Source: an uncultured Planctomycetales bacterium (GTDB lineage: Bacteria > Planctomycetota > Phycisphaerae > UBA1845 > PWPN01). Taken from it: 49,244 bases of DNA. Positions 15,640 through 24,315 of the stretch are shown in pieces. The translations under genes and the position numbers were made by a program. Under the pieces are notes generated by a model that searched no databases, was not told the origin of the DNA, and saw only the letters and a program-made list of their open reading frames with translations. The stretch covers positions 6,444 to 55,687 of the forward strand of contig CAZQEN010000002.1 of assembly GCA_964591605.1 (NCBI GenBank), given 5' to 3'. Numbering within the stretch: the stretch's first letter is position 1; each line of letters opens with the position of its first letter.

Positions 15640-17694
15640 CTATACAGGGTGAATAGTGGGTTCAGGAAGCACCGCCTCACAGGCGGCTTCGGGCGCGGTT
15701 CTGACGGCCGGGCGGGGGGCGCCGGCGACGGTCGCCGTCACCGACGGAGTGTATTCGGGAACGACGGCCTGCAATTCGGCGCGGATCTGGGAGGGGGTGG
15801 CGATGTCCACGATATCCAGCAGACGCTGGATTCCCGAGCAGACGCGCTGGAAGTCTTCGGGCCGTTTGCGGATGATGCCGATCTTGGGATGAGCCGTCCG
15901 GCTCACGCCTTCGCCATCAATCGAAAGCTCTTCGAACAGTTTTTCGCCGGGCCGGATGCCGGTGAACTTGATCTCGATGTCCTCGTGCGGGCGCAGGCCG
16001 CTGAGGGTGATGAGGTCGATGGCCAGATCCACGATCTTGACGGGTTCGCCCATGTCGAGGAGGAAGATCTCGCCGCCGACGCCCATCGCGCCGGCCTGGA
16101 GCACAAGCTGCGAGGCTTCGGGGATGGTCATGAAATAGCGGGTCATCTCCGGGTGAGTGACCGTGACGGGTCCGCCGCGGGCGATCTGCTCCTTGAAGAT
16201 GGGCACGACGCTGCCGCTGCTGCCCAGGACGTTGCCGAAGCGGACGGTGACGAACTCGGTGCGGGTGTTGGTGTGGGCGCCGAGCTGCTGGACGTACATT
16301 TCGGCGACGCGCTTGGTGCAACCCATGATGCTCGTGGGGTTGACGGCCTTATCGGTGGAGATCATCACGAATTTGGCGACGCCGGCCTCGGACGCGGCGT
16401 CGGCCAGGGTGCGCGTGCCGGCGACGTTGTTCTTGATGGCTTCGCCCGGGTTCCACTCCATCATGGGCACGTGTTTGTGGGCGGCGGCGTGGAAGATCGC
16501 GCTCGGGCGCTCGGACCGGAGGATGCGGCAGAGCCGTGGTGCGTCGGCGATGTCGGCGACGTAGGGCACGCAGTCGATCTGAGGGAAGAGGGCGGCGAGC
16601 TCACGGTCGATCTCGAAGAGGGCGTTCTCCATCCGCTCGACGAGCAGGAGGCGCTTGGGGCGGAAGCGGCAGATCTGGCGGCACATCTCGGAACCGATGG
16701 ACCCGCCCGCCCCGGTGACCATGATGACCTTGCCCTGGATGTATTCGCCGATGGCCCGGGTATCGAGGGTGACCGGATCGCGGCCGAGCAGGTCGCTGAT
16801 GTCGACGGGGCGGATCTGCGAAACCTGGACCTTGCCCTCGATGAGATCGCTGACCGCGGGCATGGTGCGGAACTGCAGGTTCATGCCCTGGCACTGCTCG
16901 ACGAGGGGGCGCATCTGACGCGGCGTCGCATAGGGGGGGGCGATGATCACCTCGTCGACCGACTTGAGCTCGCAGATCCCGCGGATGTCATGGGTCCGGC
17001 CGAGGACCTCGATGCCGCGGATGCGGGCGCTCTGCTTGGCCTGATCGTCATCGAGGAATCCGACGACCTGGTAGCGGTCCTCGGAGGCGCGGATGATCTC
17101 GCGGAGAATCGAGTCGCCGCTGTCGCCGGCACCGACGATGAGGATGCGCGACTGGGCGACCTGGGGCAGCGGGCGGAGCTCCTCGTAATAGAAGCGGTAA
17201 CCGACACGGGCGGTGGAGACCATGGCGATCGTGAAAACCCAGTCGAGCAGGAACACGCCGTTGGGCACGAAAACCTTCCAGGCCCAGCCCTGCCACTCCG
17301 CGATCCAGATGTACACGCAGTAGATCACCACGCACAGAATGATGCTCCAGTGCGAGGCCTTGATGATGGAGAAGAGGTCGCGGAGTCCGACGTACTTCCA
17401 CGAATCCCGGTAGAGGCCGAGCCGTCCGAAGACGGCGAGCTTCACGGCCAGGGTCATGGGCAGGTACATGAGATAATGCGAGTAGAACCACGGGGATTCC
17501 GGGTCCGACTTGAAGTCGTACCGGAGAGCAAAGGCAATGAGCAGGCTGAAGGTGAAGAGAACGGCGTGGGCGGCAAGGGACAGCCAGACGCGATATCGGA
17601 TGCGCCAACTGACGGGAGCTTCCGCGGAAAGTCCGTCCCTGCGGGGGGCGGCGGATGGCTGCGGCTCGGGGGTTGCTGAACTCTGCTCCGCCAT
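15640..17694 (-). CDS. membrane-anchored polysaccharide biosynthesis protein, CapD/WbpM/PglF-type NDP-sugar 4,6-dehydratase
   Basis: 684 aa. N-terminal TM helices are followed by two Rossmann motifs, ILIVGAGDSG and VMVTGAGGSIGSE, with conserved FHAAAHKHVP and STDKAVNPT. Confidence 0.9.
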   Translation of the reverse strand: MAEQSSATPEPQPSAAPRRDGLSAEAPVSWRIRYRVWLSLAAHAVLFTFSLLIAFALRYDFKSDPESPWFYSHYLMYLPMTLAVKLAVFGRLGLYRDSWKYVGLRDLFSIIKASHWSIILCVVIYCVYIWIAEWQGWAWKVFVPNGVFLLDWVFTIAMVSTARVGYRFYYEELRPLPQVAQSRILIVGAGDSGDSILREIIRASEDRYQVVGFLDDDQAKQSARIRGIEVLGRTHDIRGICELKSVDEVIIAPPYATPRQMRPLVEQCQGMNLQFRTMPAVSDLIEGKVQVSQIRPVDISDLLGRDPVTLDTRAIGEYIQGKVIMVTGAGGSIGSEMCRQICRFRPKRLLLVERMENALFEIDRELAALFPQIDCVPYVADIADAPRLCRILRSERPSAIFHAAAHKHVPMMEWNPGEAIKNNVAGTRTLADAASEAGVAKFVMISTDKAVNPTSIMGCTKRVAEMYVQQLGAHTNTRTEFVTVRFGNVLGSSGSVVPIFKEQIARGGPVTVTHPEMTRYFMTIPEASQLVLQAGAMGVGGEIFLLDMGEPVKIVDLAIDLITLSGLRPHEDIEIKFTGIRPGEKLFEELSIDGEGVSRTAHPKIGIIRKRPEDFQRVCSGIQRLLDIVDIATPSQIRAELQAVVPEYTPSVTATVAGAPRPAVRTAPEAACEAVLPEPTIHPV

Positions 17695-17762
17695 GCTGCG
17701 CGTGTCCTTACGGCCTCACCGCCATTCGGGTCGGTCACGGGGCGGTGATCAGGAGTACGTCT

Positions 17763-18950
17763 CTACCTCTGCGTTGCCAGCACATCGAGATCGGGCAAAA
17801 GGATGGGCTTCTCCGCCGAGGCCGACGGCCGGGTGGCCGCCGGAGATGCATTCGTGCCTCGCGAGACCGTCCGCTCGATCAGCGGGGCAAGCGAAGGCCA
17901 GGGATGGTGAACGGTAGCGGCGATGCTCCGCGCATAGAAGGAGGCCGCCACCTCGTCGCGTCTGGCCAACAGGAAGATCGAGCGAAGGGCCTGGTATTCC
18001 ACCACATCCGGATTGGCGATAGCGATCGCTTCGAGTTCCCGGAAGTGAAGCTGAAAGTCAGTCTTCTGGCCGTATCGGGATTCGATCTGATCGAGCGTGG
18101 TCAGGAACTGGGGATCCGGGAGTTCTCCGGTTCGGCGGTTGGGGGTGAGGAGCCACCGCAGGGCTCCGGCGGCGACGGAGTACTGTTTCGTGGCGATCGC
18201 CGGAAAGATGCGGGCCACTTCGACCTCGGCCCGCGGCGCCGGATCATCCGTACACACGCTGGCGGCCAGAGCGAAGAGATCACCGGCAGCGCGGTACTGG
18301 CCTTCGCGGAACTTCTGCCAGCCCTGTTCCATGAAGCCCGCCCGGCGGCCGTCGATGTATTCCTTGACCAGGCTCTCGATGGGAACGGGGTCCCGCTGCA
18401 GAGGTATTGCCTCGGCGGGCTGAGAGCTGGCTGCGTTTTCGTGGATCGCGACGGCCGCCAGCCTCGGGCTGGGCAGCATCGGGAGATCCGGGCGCCGCAT
18501 CAGCAAGCCCGGGTTGTCGCGGGTCAGCGGCGGATACGCTGAGCCGCCACCCCAACTGCCGAGCGAGCCGAGGCCGCTGCCGGAATAGTATCGCCGTCCG
18601 AAAAGACTGGTGCCGGTGGGCTGGGGTGAAGATGGGGCGAATCCCGAGCCGTAACCCACACCCGCCCTTCCCGATCGGCGAAGGGTGGAGCCGGCGCCCA
18701 CCTGCATGGAAAAGTTGAGCGGGGTACCAAGGGTGGACACATCGCCAGGTCTTGCCCCACGGGGAAGCTGAGGGATGGAACCCGCAGGCGTGAGCCTGCT
18801 GAGCGTCCGAAAAGTGTCGGTCAAGACCTGACTGGGACCGTTGGCAGAGGGCTGGTTGGTCCAGAGCTGCGCGGTCGCGCTGCCTGTGAAAACCAGAAGC
18901 GGGCACCCGGCGAGCAATGCCATAAACCGATAATTGCAGCGTATTTGCAT
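17763..18950 (-). CDS. hypothetical secreted protein (395 aa)
   Basis: Signal peptide MALLAGCPLLVFTGSATAQ. Gly/Ser-rich middle and a helical C-terminal half. Lies 68 bp downstream of the CapD-type gene on the same strand. Confidence 0.6.
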   Translation of the reverse strand: MQIRCNYRFMALLAGCPLLVFTGSATAQLWTNQPSANGPSQVLTDTFRTLSRLTPAGSIPQLPRGARPGDVSTLGTPLNFSMQVGAGSTLRRSGRAGVGYGSGFAPSSPQPTGTSLFGRRYYSGSGLGSLGSWGGGSAYPPLTRDNPGLLMRRPDLPMLPSPRLAAVAIHENAASSQPAEAIPLQRDPVPIESLVKEYIDGRRAGFMEQGWQKFREGQYRAAGDLFALAASVCTDDPAPRAEVEVARIFPAIATKQYSVAAGALRWLLTPNRRTGELPDPQFLTTLDQIESRYGQKTDFQLHFRELEAIAIANPDVVEYQALRSIFLLARRDEVAASFYARSIAATVHHPWPSLAPLIERTVSRGTNASPAATRPSASAEKPILLPDLDVLATQR

Positions 18951-19569
18951 GCCAGTACGATCTCGAAAACCACGTTATCGCGGCGCGAGCGGGAGACTCC
19001 TGTCACTGTAAACCCGGTGGTCCGTCAAATCAAGTTATCGACCGACGGGAGGGGGGACTGCGAATAGATTTAATCGATTGGCCCGGCTGAGGTTAAGTGT
19101 CTGGCCGGGCCGGGCGAACTCTCAGCCGGGCGGTACGGGCATCGCAGGAATGGCTCGGCCTCGCGGGGCGTTGGGGAGGATCCTGTTATCAGCGTTCCAT
19201 CCCATCTTGGGGCCCGCGCGGCAGACGACGTTGCCGAGGAGGACGGCCTGTGTGAGCGCGCCGGCGGAGTCGAAGGGGCAGCAGGTTGCGCCCCCACGGG
19301 AAGCTCGGCGGCCGGGCGGTTGGCTGGGCGGCGGGTGATCGGGGAATGGCCGGTCGAGGCGCGGGCGTCCCGCCCGCCGCGTGCCGGGCCGCCGGCTGGG
19401 CAGGCCTTGATGAACTCCTTCTGGAGGTCAACGGCGGTGCAGATTGACGCTTGTGGTGCAGGCGTCCCGCCTGCGCGTACCGCGGGCGGGGTGCTTGCGT
19501 TGGGGGGCGGAATCGGGTTGAATTTCGGGAAAGATTGCAGAGACGGTTCTCACGGAGCATCGAATAGAC

Positions 19570-19704
19570 ATGGAATCCCACCTGGACGAGCATTACCACG
19601 AGGGCAGCGAGGCGGTCGGGCTGGCAACGCTGGCCGGGATCATCTTCGGGCTGCTGCTGGTCGGGCTGCTGCTGTTCTCGCTGACGTGGGCGCTGGCGAG
19701 CTGA
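19570..19704 (+). CDS. possible small single-TM protein (44 aa) with a His/Glu-rich N-terminus
   Basis: Below the track's size cut-off; translated by hand as MESHLDEHYHEGSEAVGLATLAGIIFGLLLVGLLLFSLTWALAS. By hand count, about 40 of 43 codons after the ATG end in G/C, as in real genes here. Only a weak SD (ACGGAG) upstream. Confidence 0.4.
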   Translation: MESHLDEHYHEGSEAVGLATLAGIIFGLLLVGLLLFSLTWALAS

Positions 19705-19882
19705 GTGCCTTCGGGAATTGGGGCGGTAGCGGCCGCGGCAAGGATGGGTGGTTCTGCCGCGGGCGGGATGCGTTGCGTGATTTGACTCCGCTGCGTGCGA
19801 ACTCGTGGAGCTCCCGGCTGCCACAGGAGGCGTGCGCTACGGGCAGGAGCGTAGACGCGCTGCCAGGCGCTCTCACCACCTG

Positions 19883-19968
19883 CACCGGCGAGACGCCGGT
19901 GCCACACCTCATCACCGGCGAGACGCCGGCGCCACACCTCATGACCGGCGAGACGCCGGTGCCACACC
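19883..19968. repeat. three tandem 30-bp units, each with a perfect 8-bp stem hairpin
   Basis: Unit CACCGGCGAGACGCCGGTGCCACACCTCAT at 19883, 19913 and 19943 (third unit diverges at its end). Stem CACCGGCG/CGCCGGTG with a 3-nt loop. Begins about 50 nt downstream of the oxidoreductase stop (minus strand). Confidence 0.85.
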
Positions 19969-20017
19969 AGACCCACAGGGGAGACGAGCGTGCCGCGCCG
20001 GGGTGTGAGACCGCCAC

Positions 20018-21157
20018 TCAGCCCTTCTTTGAGCTTTCGGATTTGAACAGTTCCAGGGGGTGGCGACGCTCTTTGAGCGGGAGGGGCACGGGTGCTCCGA
20101 TGCGCTGCGATTCGTAGATGGCGAGGATCATTTCGAGGGCGGCGCGGCCGTCGTACATGCTTCCGCGGGGCTGGGTATCGGTCTGGATGGCGCGGATGAG
20201 GTCCCGCACGATCCGGAGGTTGCCGGGGGTCTGGGGGCTGATGTCTTTTTCGGTTTCGGGCTGGCCAAGGCCGTTGCTGGTGATGGGAACCCACTGGGCC
20301 TTCGACGAGCCCGGGGCCCAACTGGGGTCTTCCACGAAGTAGACATCGGGGAAGGTGGGCGGGCTGCCGCGTCCGATGGTGACGATTCCCTTCGAGCCGA
20401 AGATGCGCAAGCCCCAGCGCTCGCCGACGCCGTGACGGGCCTTGTGCGAGTCGAAGGTGGCGACGCCGGGGCTCCGGAGACCGTAAACCGCGTGGATCTC
20501 GTCGCCGGCGATGAGGCCGATCGACTCGTCGCCTTCGCGAACGTCGGCAGGGGTAATGTCCTTTCCGCCCTGCAGCACGCGGGCGAAGCACCACTGCGGG
20601 TCCCCCGCGAGGTAGCGGATCAGGTCCATGATGTGGGTGCCGAGGACCATGAGGTCCTGGCCGCCGCCGCGGTGGTCTTCCTTGCCGCGGCCGCTGAGGG
20701 TGAGGAGGTCGCCGAGTTTCCCATCGGCAATGAACTCGCGGAGACGCTCGACCCGCGGGCTGTACCGGGACTGGTGAGCGATGGCGATCTTGAGGTGCCT
20801 GGCCTCACAGGCGGCGACCATCTGGTCGGCCTCCTGGAGGGTGCGGGCCATCGGCTTCTCCATGAACATGTGGCAGCCGTACTCGGCGCAGGCCAGGACC
20901 ATGTCGAGGTGGCAGTCGGGCCAGCGCGGGGCGATGCTGACGATCTGGGGGCGCTCCTTCTCGAGCATGTCGCGGTAGTCGGCGTAGGCCCGGTCGACGT
21001 TCAGGCGTCTGGCCGCCTCGGCCCGGCCCTTCTCGTCGCTGTCGGCGACGGCCACGATCCGGGCCTCGGGAATGCCCTGCCAGGCCACGTCGATGCCGTG
21101 GCCGTAATCGCCCTTGCCCGTCCGCCCGATCACCGCGACCCGATATGAATCAGCCAT
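20018..21157 (-). CDS. Gfo/Idh/MocA-family NAD(P)-dependent oxidoreductase
   Basis: 379 aa. N-terminal Rossmann segment YRVAVIGRTGKGDYGHG, EKPMA motif (HMFMEKPMARTL) and a typical C-terminal alpha/beta domain. Confidence 0.9.
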   Translation of the reverse strand: MADSYRVAVIGRTGKGDYGHGIDVAWQGIPEARIVAVADSDEKGRAEAARRLNVDRAYADYRDMLEKERPQIVSIAPRWPDCHLDMVLACAEYGCHMFMEKPMARTLQEADQMVAACEARHLKIAIAHQSRYSPRVERLREFIADGKLGDLLTLSGRGKEDHRGGGQDLMVLGTHIMDLIRYLAGDPQWCFARVLQGGKDITPADVREGDESIGLIAGDEIHAVYGLRSPGVATFDSHKARHGVGERWGLRIFGSKGIVTIGRGSPPTFPDVYFVEDPSWAPGSSKAQWVPITSNGLGQPETEKDISPQTPGNLRIVRDLIRAIQTDTQPRGSMYDGRAALEMILAIYESQRIGAPVPLPLKERRHPLELFKSESSKKG

Positions 21158-21224
21158 GGGATTTCACCTTCCATTCAAGCCGGACACGGCGTATAGTGGC
21201 ATCCGCCTACAGAAGGAGCCGGCC

Positions 21225-21569
21225 ATGTCGATCATCGTGACCACGACGTTCGCCATCGAAGGATACCGCATCCGCCGTTATCTCGGAATCGTGCGGGGCC
21301 TCATCGTGCGGGCGCCGACGATCTCGCAGGGGATTGTGGGGGGGCTCAAGTCGATCATCGGCGGACGGATCGGGGCGTACACCGAGATGTGCGAGCAGGC
21401 CCGGCAGCAGGCGTACGAGCTGCTGATCGACCACGCGCGGGAGATGGGGGCGAACGCGGTGATCGGGCTGCACTACGACGCGTCGGAGGTGGCGAGCAAG
21501 TTCAGCGCGACGGAGGTGCTGTGCTACGGCACGGCGGTGGTGGTCGAGCCGGACACTCAGACGGCGTGA
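21225..21569 (+). CDS. YbjQ/UPF0145-family protein
   Basis: ATG 21225 follows AGAAGGAG. MSIIVTTTFAIEGYRIRRYLGIVRGLIV...GGRIGAYTEMCEQARQQAYELLIDHAREMGANAVIGLHYD...YGTAVVVEP matches the family end to end. Confidence 0.85.
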   Translation: MSIIVTTTFAIEGYRIRRYLGIVRGLIVRAPTISQGIVGGLKSIIGGRIGAYTEMCEQARQQAYELLIDHAREMGANAVIGLHYDASEVASKFSATEVLCYGTAVVVEPDTQTA

Positions 21570-21573
21570 GCGG

Positions 21574-22086
21574 TCAGGTGCCGTCGCGGGAGGTCCGCCG
21601 CGGGGCATCGGGCGGGACGTCGAGGGTGGGGTCCGGGGGCGGGAGCTGCTCGCGCATCTTCCAGCGGTGGATGAACCAGCCGGGGTCGCGCCGATAGTCT
21701 TCGATCATCTCGGGCGTGTAGGGCCGGCCGCACTCCGGACAGCGATAGTGGTCGGGCAGGCCGGTGAGGTTGTAGCCGCAGAAGATGCAGAACGGCTCGC
21801 GGCGCTGGCGGATGGCCCGCTTGAAGACGTAGATCCCGACGGCGACGGCGGCGCCGCCCAGAAACACCCCGATCCGTACGAACAGCAGAAAGAACGCGGC
21901 TTCGAGCCCCGCAAAGAGAGCCAGCCCGCACAGGAGGGCAAGTGCGGCGAGTGTCGCCAGGGCGATGAGCCATCCGGGGCCGACGGAGCCGAGCGCGGTG
22001 CGCCAGTCCGGGCGCCACCAGCGGATCTCGCCGAGTTCGTCTGCGTCGGGAGCAGGAGCTGGTCTGGATCGGTCGCCGAAAGGCAT
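21574..22086 (-). CDS. membrane protein with a C-terminal CxxC...CPxC zinc-ribbon-like motif, hypothetical
   Basis: 170 aa. Two TM helices, then FCIFCGYNLTGLPDHYRCPECGRPYTPE. Confidence 0.65.
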   Translation of the reverse strand: MPFGDRSRPAPAPDADELGEIRWWRPDWRTALGSVGPGWLIALATLAALALLCGLALFAGLEAAFFLLFVRIGVFLGGAAVAVGIYVFKRAIRQRREPFCIFCGYNLTGLPDHYRCPECGRPYTPEMIEDYRRDPGWFIHRWKMREQLPPPDPTLDVPPDAPRRTSRDGT

Positions 22087-22448
22087 TGAGGGCTCACCTG
22101 GACGGTCTCAAGGCATCCGATCCCGCTTTGCAGCGGGGCCGCGATCGGGATCGTTCCCGTGGACGATACTCTTTCCCCGCGAAGCCACAAAGCGAGCAGA
22201 GGCCAAACGCTCAGCAAGGAATGATGGAGTGGATGGCACACGGTTTGTTCGTGGCCTGCGCGGCCCGGATCTGCCGCCTCTCGTGCCCGACCAGCCACTG
22301 GCGCAGATCTGTGAAAGCCGGTGAAATCCGGGGGCGGATCACGCGACTACACCATTATTCAAAGCTGCTGGGGAGTTCCCACGGTACCGCTCAGCCGGTC
22401 TGTCTGCCGGCGGGAGACTCACGGCGGTTCAACGGCAAGGAGATTGAC

Positions 22449-24314
22449 ATGCTGGGCTCATATCTTGCGCAGGGCGTGTGCATTCTGCTGGCGACCGTGA
22501 TGGCCTGGCCGTCGCCGACGGCGGCTCAGGGTGGGGGACAGGATGAGTTTGAGCGGGGATTCTATCTGCAGACGCATGAACGTGACGCGGCGGGCGCGGC
22601 GGCGGCTTTTGCGCGGGTGGCGGAGGACGCGGCGGCGCCCGAGGGGGTGCGCCGTGAGGCGCGGATGAGGCTGGCACAGTGCCGGGAGGACCTGGCGACC
22701 GCCGATCTGGCGCGGCTGATGCCGCCGGAGGTGATCGCTTACGCGGAGATCTCGAATCCGGGCGAACACATCGAGCGGCTGGCGAAGCTGATGGGCCTGG
22801 TGCGCGAAGGCGCGGAGGCGCCGGAGGGCGGGAAGCCGAAGGCCACGCCGCTGGGGGGCGGTGCGTTCTTTCCGGACGATTTCACGATCAGCCCGGCCCT
22901 GCTGGCGGCGCTGCGGACGGTGCGCGGGGCGGCGGCGGCGATCACGGGGCTGGACGAGAAGGGTGAGCCGGACGGCCTGCTGGTCGTGCATCCGGGCGAC
23001 GCGGACCTGCTGCGGGGGGTGATCGAGACGGCAGTGCAGGTGGGGGAGCCGGCCGATCCGATCGGCGGTTTCCGGGCGTATCGCCTGCAGGGGCAGGCAT
23101 GGGCGGTGGTGACGGCCCGCCTGCTGCTGGTTGCGCGGACCCGCGAGATGCTGGCCGCCGCGGTGGAGCGATTGCGGGACGAGCGGGCGGCGAGTCTGGC
23201 GCGCAGCGAGACGCTGGGGGGCTTCCAGAAGCAGCGCGAAGGGGCTCTGGCGTTCGTGCTGGTCGACGGGCCGCGGCTGGCCGGGCAGATCAACCGCCAC
23301 CTGCGCGGCCGGGATGGTCAGATCGCGCGGGCGGTTCTGGATCTGGCTCATCTGAAGGCGGTGAGTGCGGCCGTCCGAACAACGGACAGCGGCCTGGCCG
23401 TTCACGCGCAGCTTGACCTGATAGAAGGCCATCGGAACCTGGTCTACGGACTGATCCGGACCGCGCCGTGCGCCCGCCGAACGCTCGAACACGTGCCGGA
23501 CGGGGCGGCAGCGGTGGTGATGCTGGGGCTGAACCCGGCCGGCGAGGGAGGCGAAGCCGCCGCCGGGGCGGGCGTTGCCGCGGCCGGGCAATTCCTGTCG
23601 GCGATGGATGTCGGCCGGGAGCTGTTCGGGAACCTGGAAGAGGTGTCCCTGTTCGTGCTTCCCGCCGCGGGAGCGGCCGGCGGAGCGGAGGGAGCGATTC
23701 CGCAAGTCGGGCTGGTCCTGGCGGCGAAGGACGCCGGGCGGTCGCAGGCGCTCTGGACGCAGTTGCTTTCGCTGCCGGCGATGTTCGCACCGGGCGGGGC
23801 GACGAGCAGTGACGTGGAGATCGAGGGCGCAGCGGGCACGCAGTACCAGTTCAAGGAGGGTCCGCCCATCGTGGTCGTGCGGTCGGGGCAGCGCGGCGTG
23901 ATCGTCGGGACGCCGGGTGCGGCGGCGGCGGCTCTGCGGGCCGGGCGCGGCGACGGCTCGGTCCTGGGCGATGCGGGCTTCAAGCCGCTGCTCGAGCGGC
24001 TCACGCCGACGAGCAGCAAGGCCGTCCTGGTCCACGCGGGCCGACTCGCGGAGACGGTCGCCGCAGTGGCGCACGGACACGAGGCTCAGCACCTTCGACT
24101 CATCGCCCCCCTGCTGCGTGAACTGCGGATCTGCGTGGTGACCGATGAAGCGCCCACGCGGTTTGCGGTGCGCGGCGAGGTGTCGGGCCTGCCGAATGTG
24201 CCGGAGATCGTCCGCACACTGGCCCAGATGAAACGGGCTCAAGCCCCCGCACATCCCGCCACGGCCACGCGACCGGCCAAACCCGAGCACGCCCAGGCGC
24301 GCGGGCGATCGTAG
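22449..24314 (+). CDS. hypothetical secreted protein (621 aa), Ala/Gly-rich
   Basis: ATG 22449 follows AAGGAG. Signal peptide MLGSYLAQGVCILLATVMAWPSPTAAQ. The track ORF's 121-aa N-terminal extension looks non-coding. The architecture resembles DUF3352-type proteins (unverified). Confidence 0.7.
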   Translation: MLGSYLAQGVCILLATVMAWPSPTAAQGGGQDEFERGFYLQTHERDAAGAAAAFARVAEDAAAPEGVRREARMRLAQCREDLATADLARLMPPEVIAYAEISNPGEHIERLAKLMGLVREGAEAPEGGKPKATPLGGGAFFPDDFTISPALLAALRTVRGAAAAITGLDEKGEPDGLLVVHPGDADLLRGVIETAVQVGEPADPIGGFRAYRLQGQAWAVVTARLLLVARTREMLAAAVERLRDERAASLARSETLGGFQKQREGALAFVLVDGPRLAGQINRHLRGRDGQIARAVLDLAHLKAVSAAVRTTDSGLAVHAQLDLIEGHRNLVYGLIRTAPCARRTLEHVPDGAAAVVMLGLNPAGEGGEAAAGAGVAAAGQFLSAMDVGRELFGNLEEVSLFVLPAAGAAGGAEGAIPQVGLVLAAKDAGRSQALWTQLLSLPAMFAPGGATSSDVEIEGAAGTQYQFKEGPPIVVVRSGQRGVIVGTPGAAAAALRAGRGDGSVLGDAGFKPLLERLTPTSSKAVLVHAGRLAETVAAVAHGHEAQHLRLIAPLLRELRICVVTDEAPTRFAVRGEVSGLPNVPEIVRTLAQMKRAQAPAHPATATRPAKPEHAQARGRS

Positions 24315-24315
24315 A

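Noticed and set aside
15649-17679. 676-aa plus-strand ORF
   Set aside because: It is antisense to the CapD-type gene. It is a Gly/Asp/Ala-rich shadow frame.
19883-19968. Possible CRISPR array
   Set aside because: The 30-bp units are directly adjacent with no unique spacers. There are only three copies and no cas genes in the window.
19189-20117. ORFs of 211, 265 and 125 aa inside the 1.07-kb gap
   Set aside because: All are Arg/Pro/Gly/Ala-rich. They read through the tandem hairpin units and mutually overlap on both strands. None looks coding.
22458-24290. 610-aa minus-strand ORF
   Set aside because: It is antisense to the 621-aa secreted protein and is Arg/Pro-rich junk.
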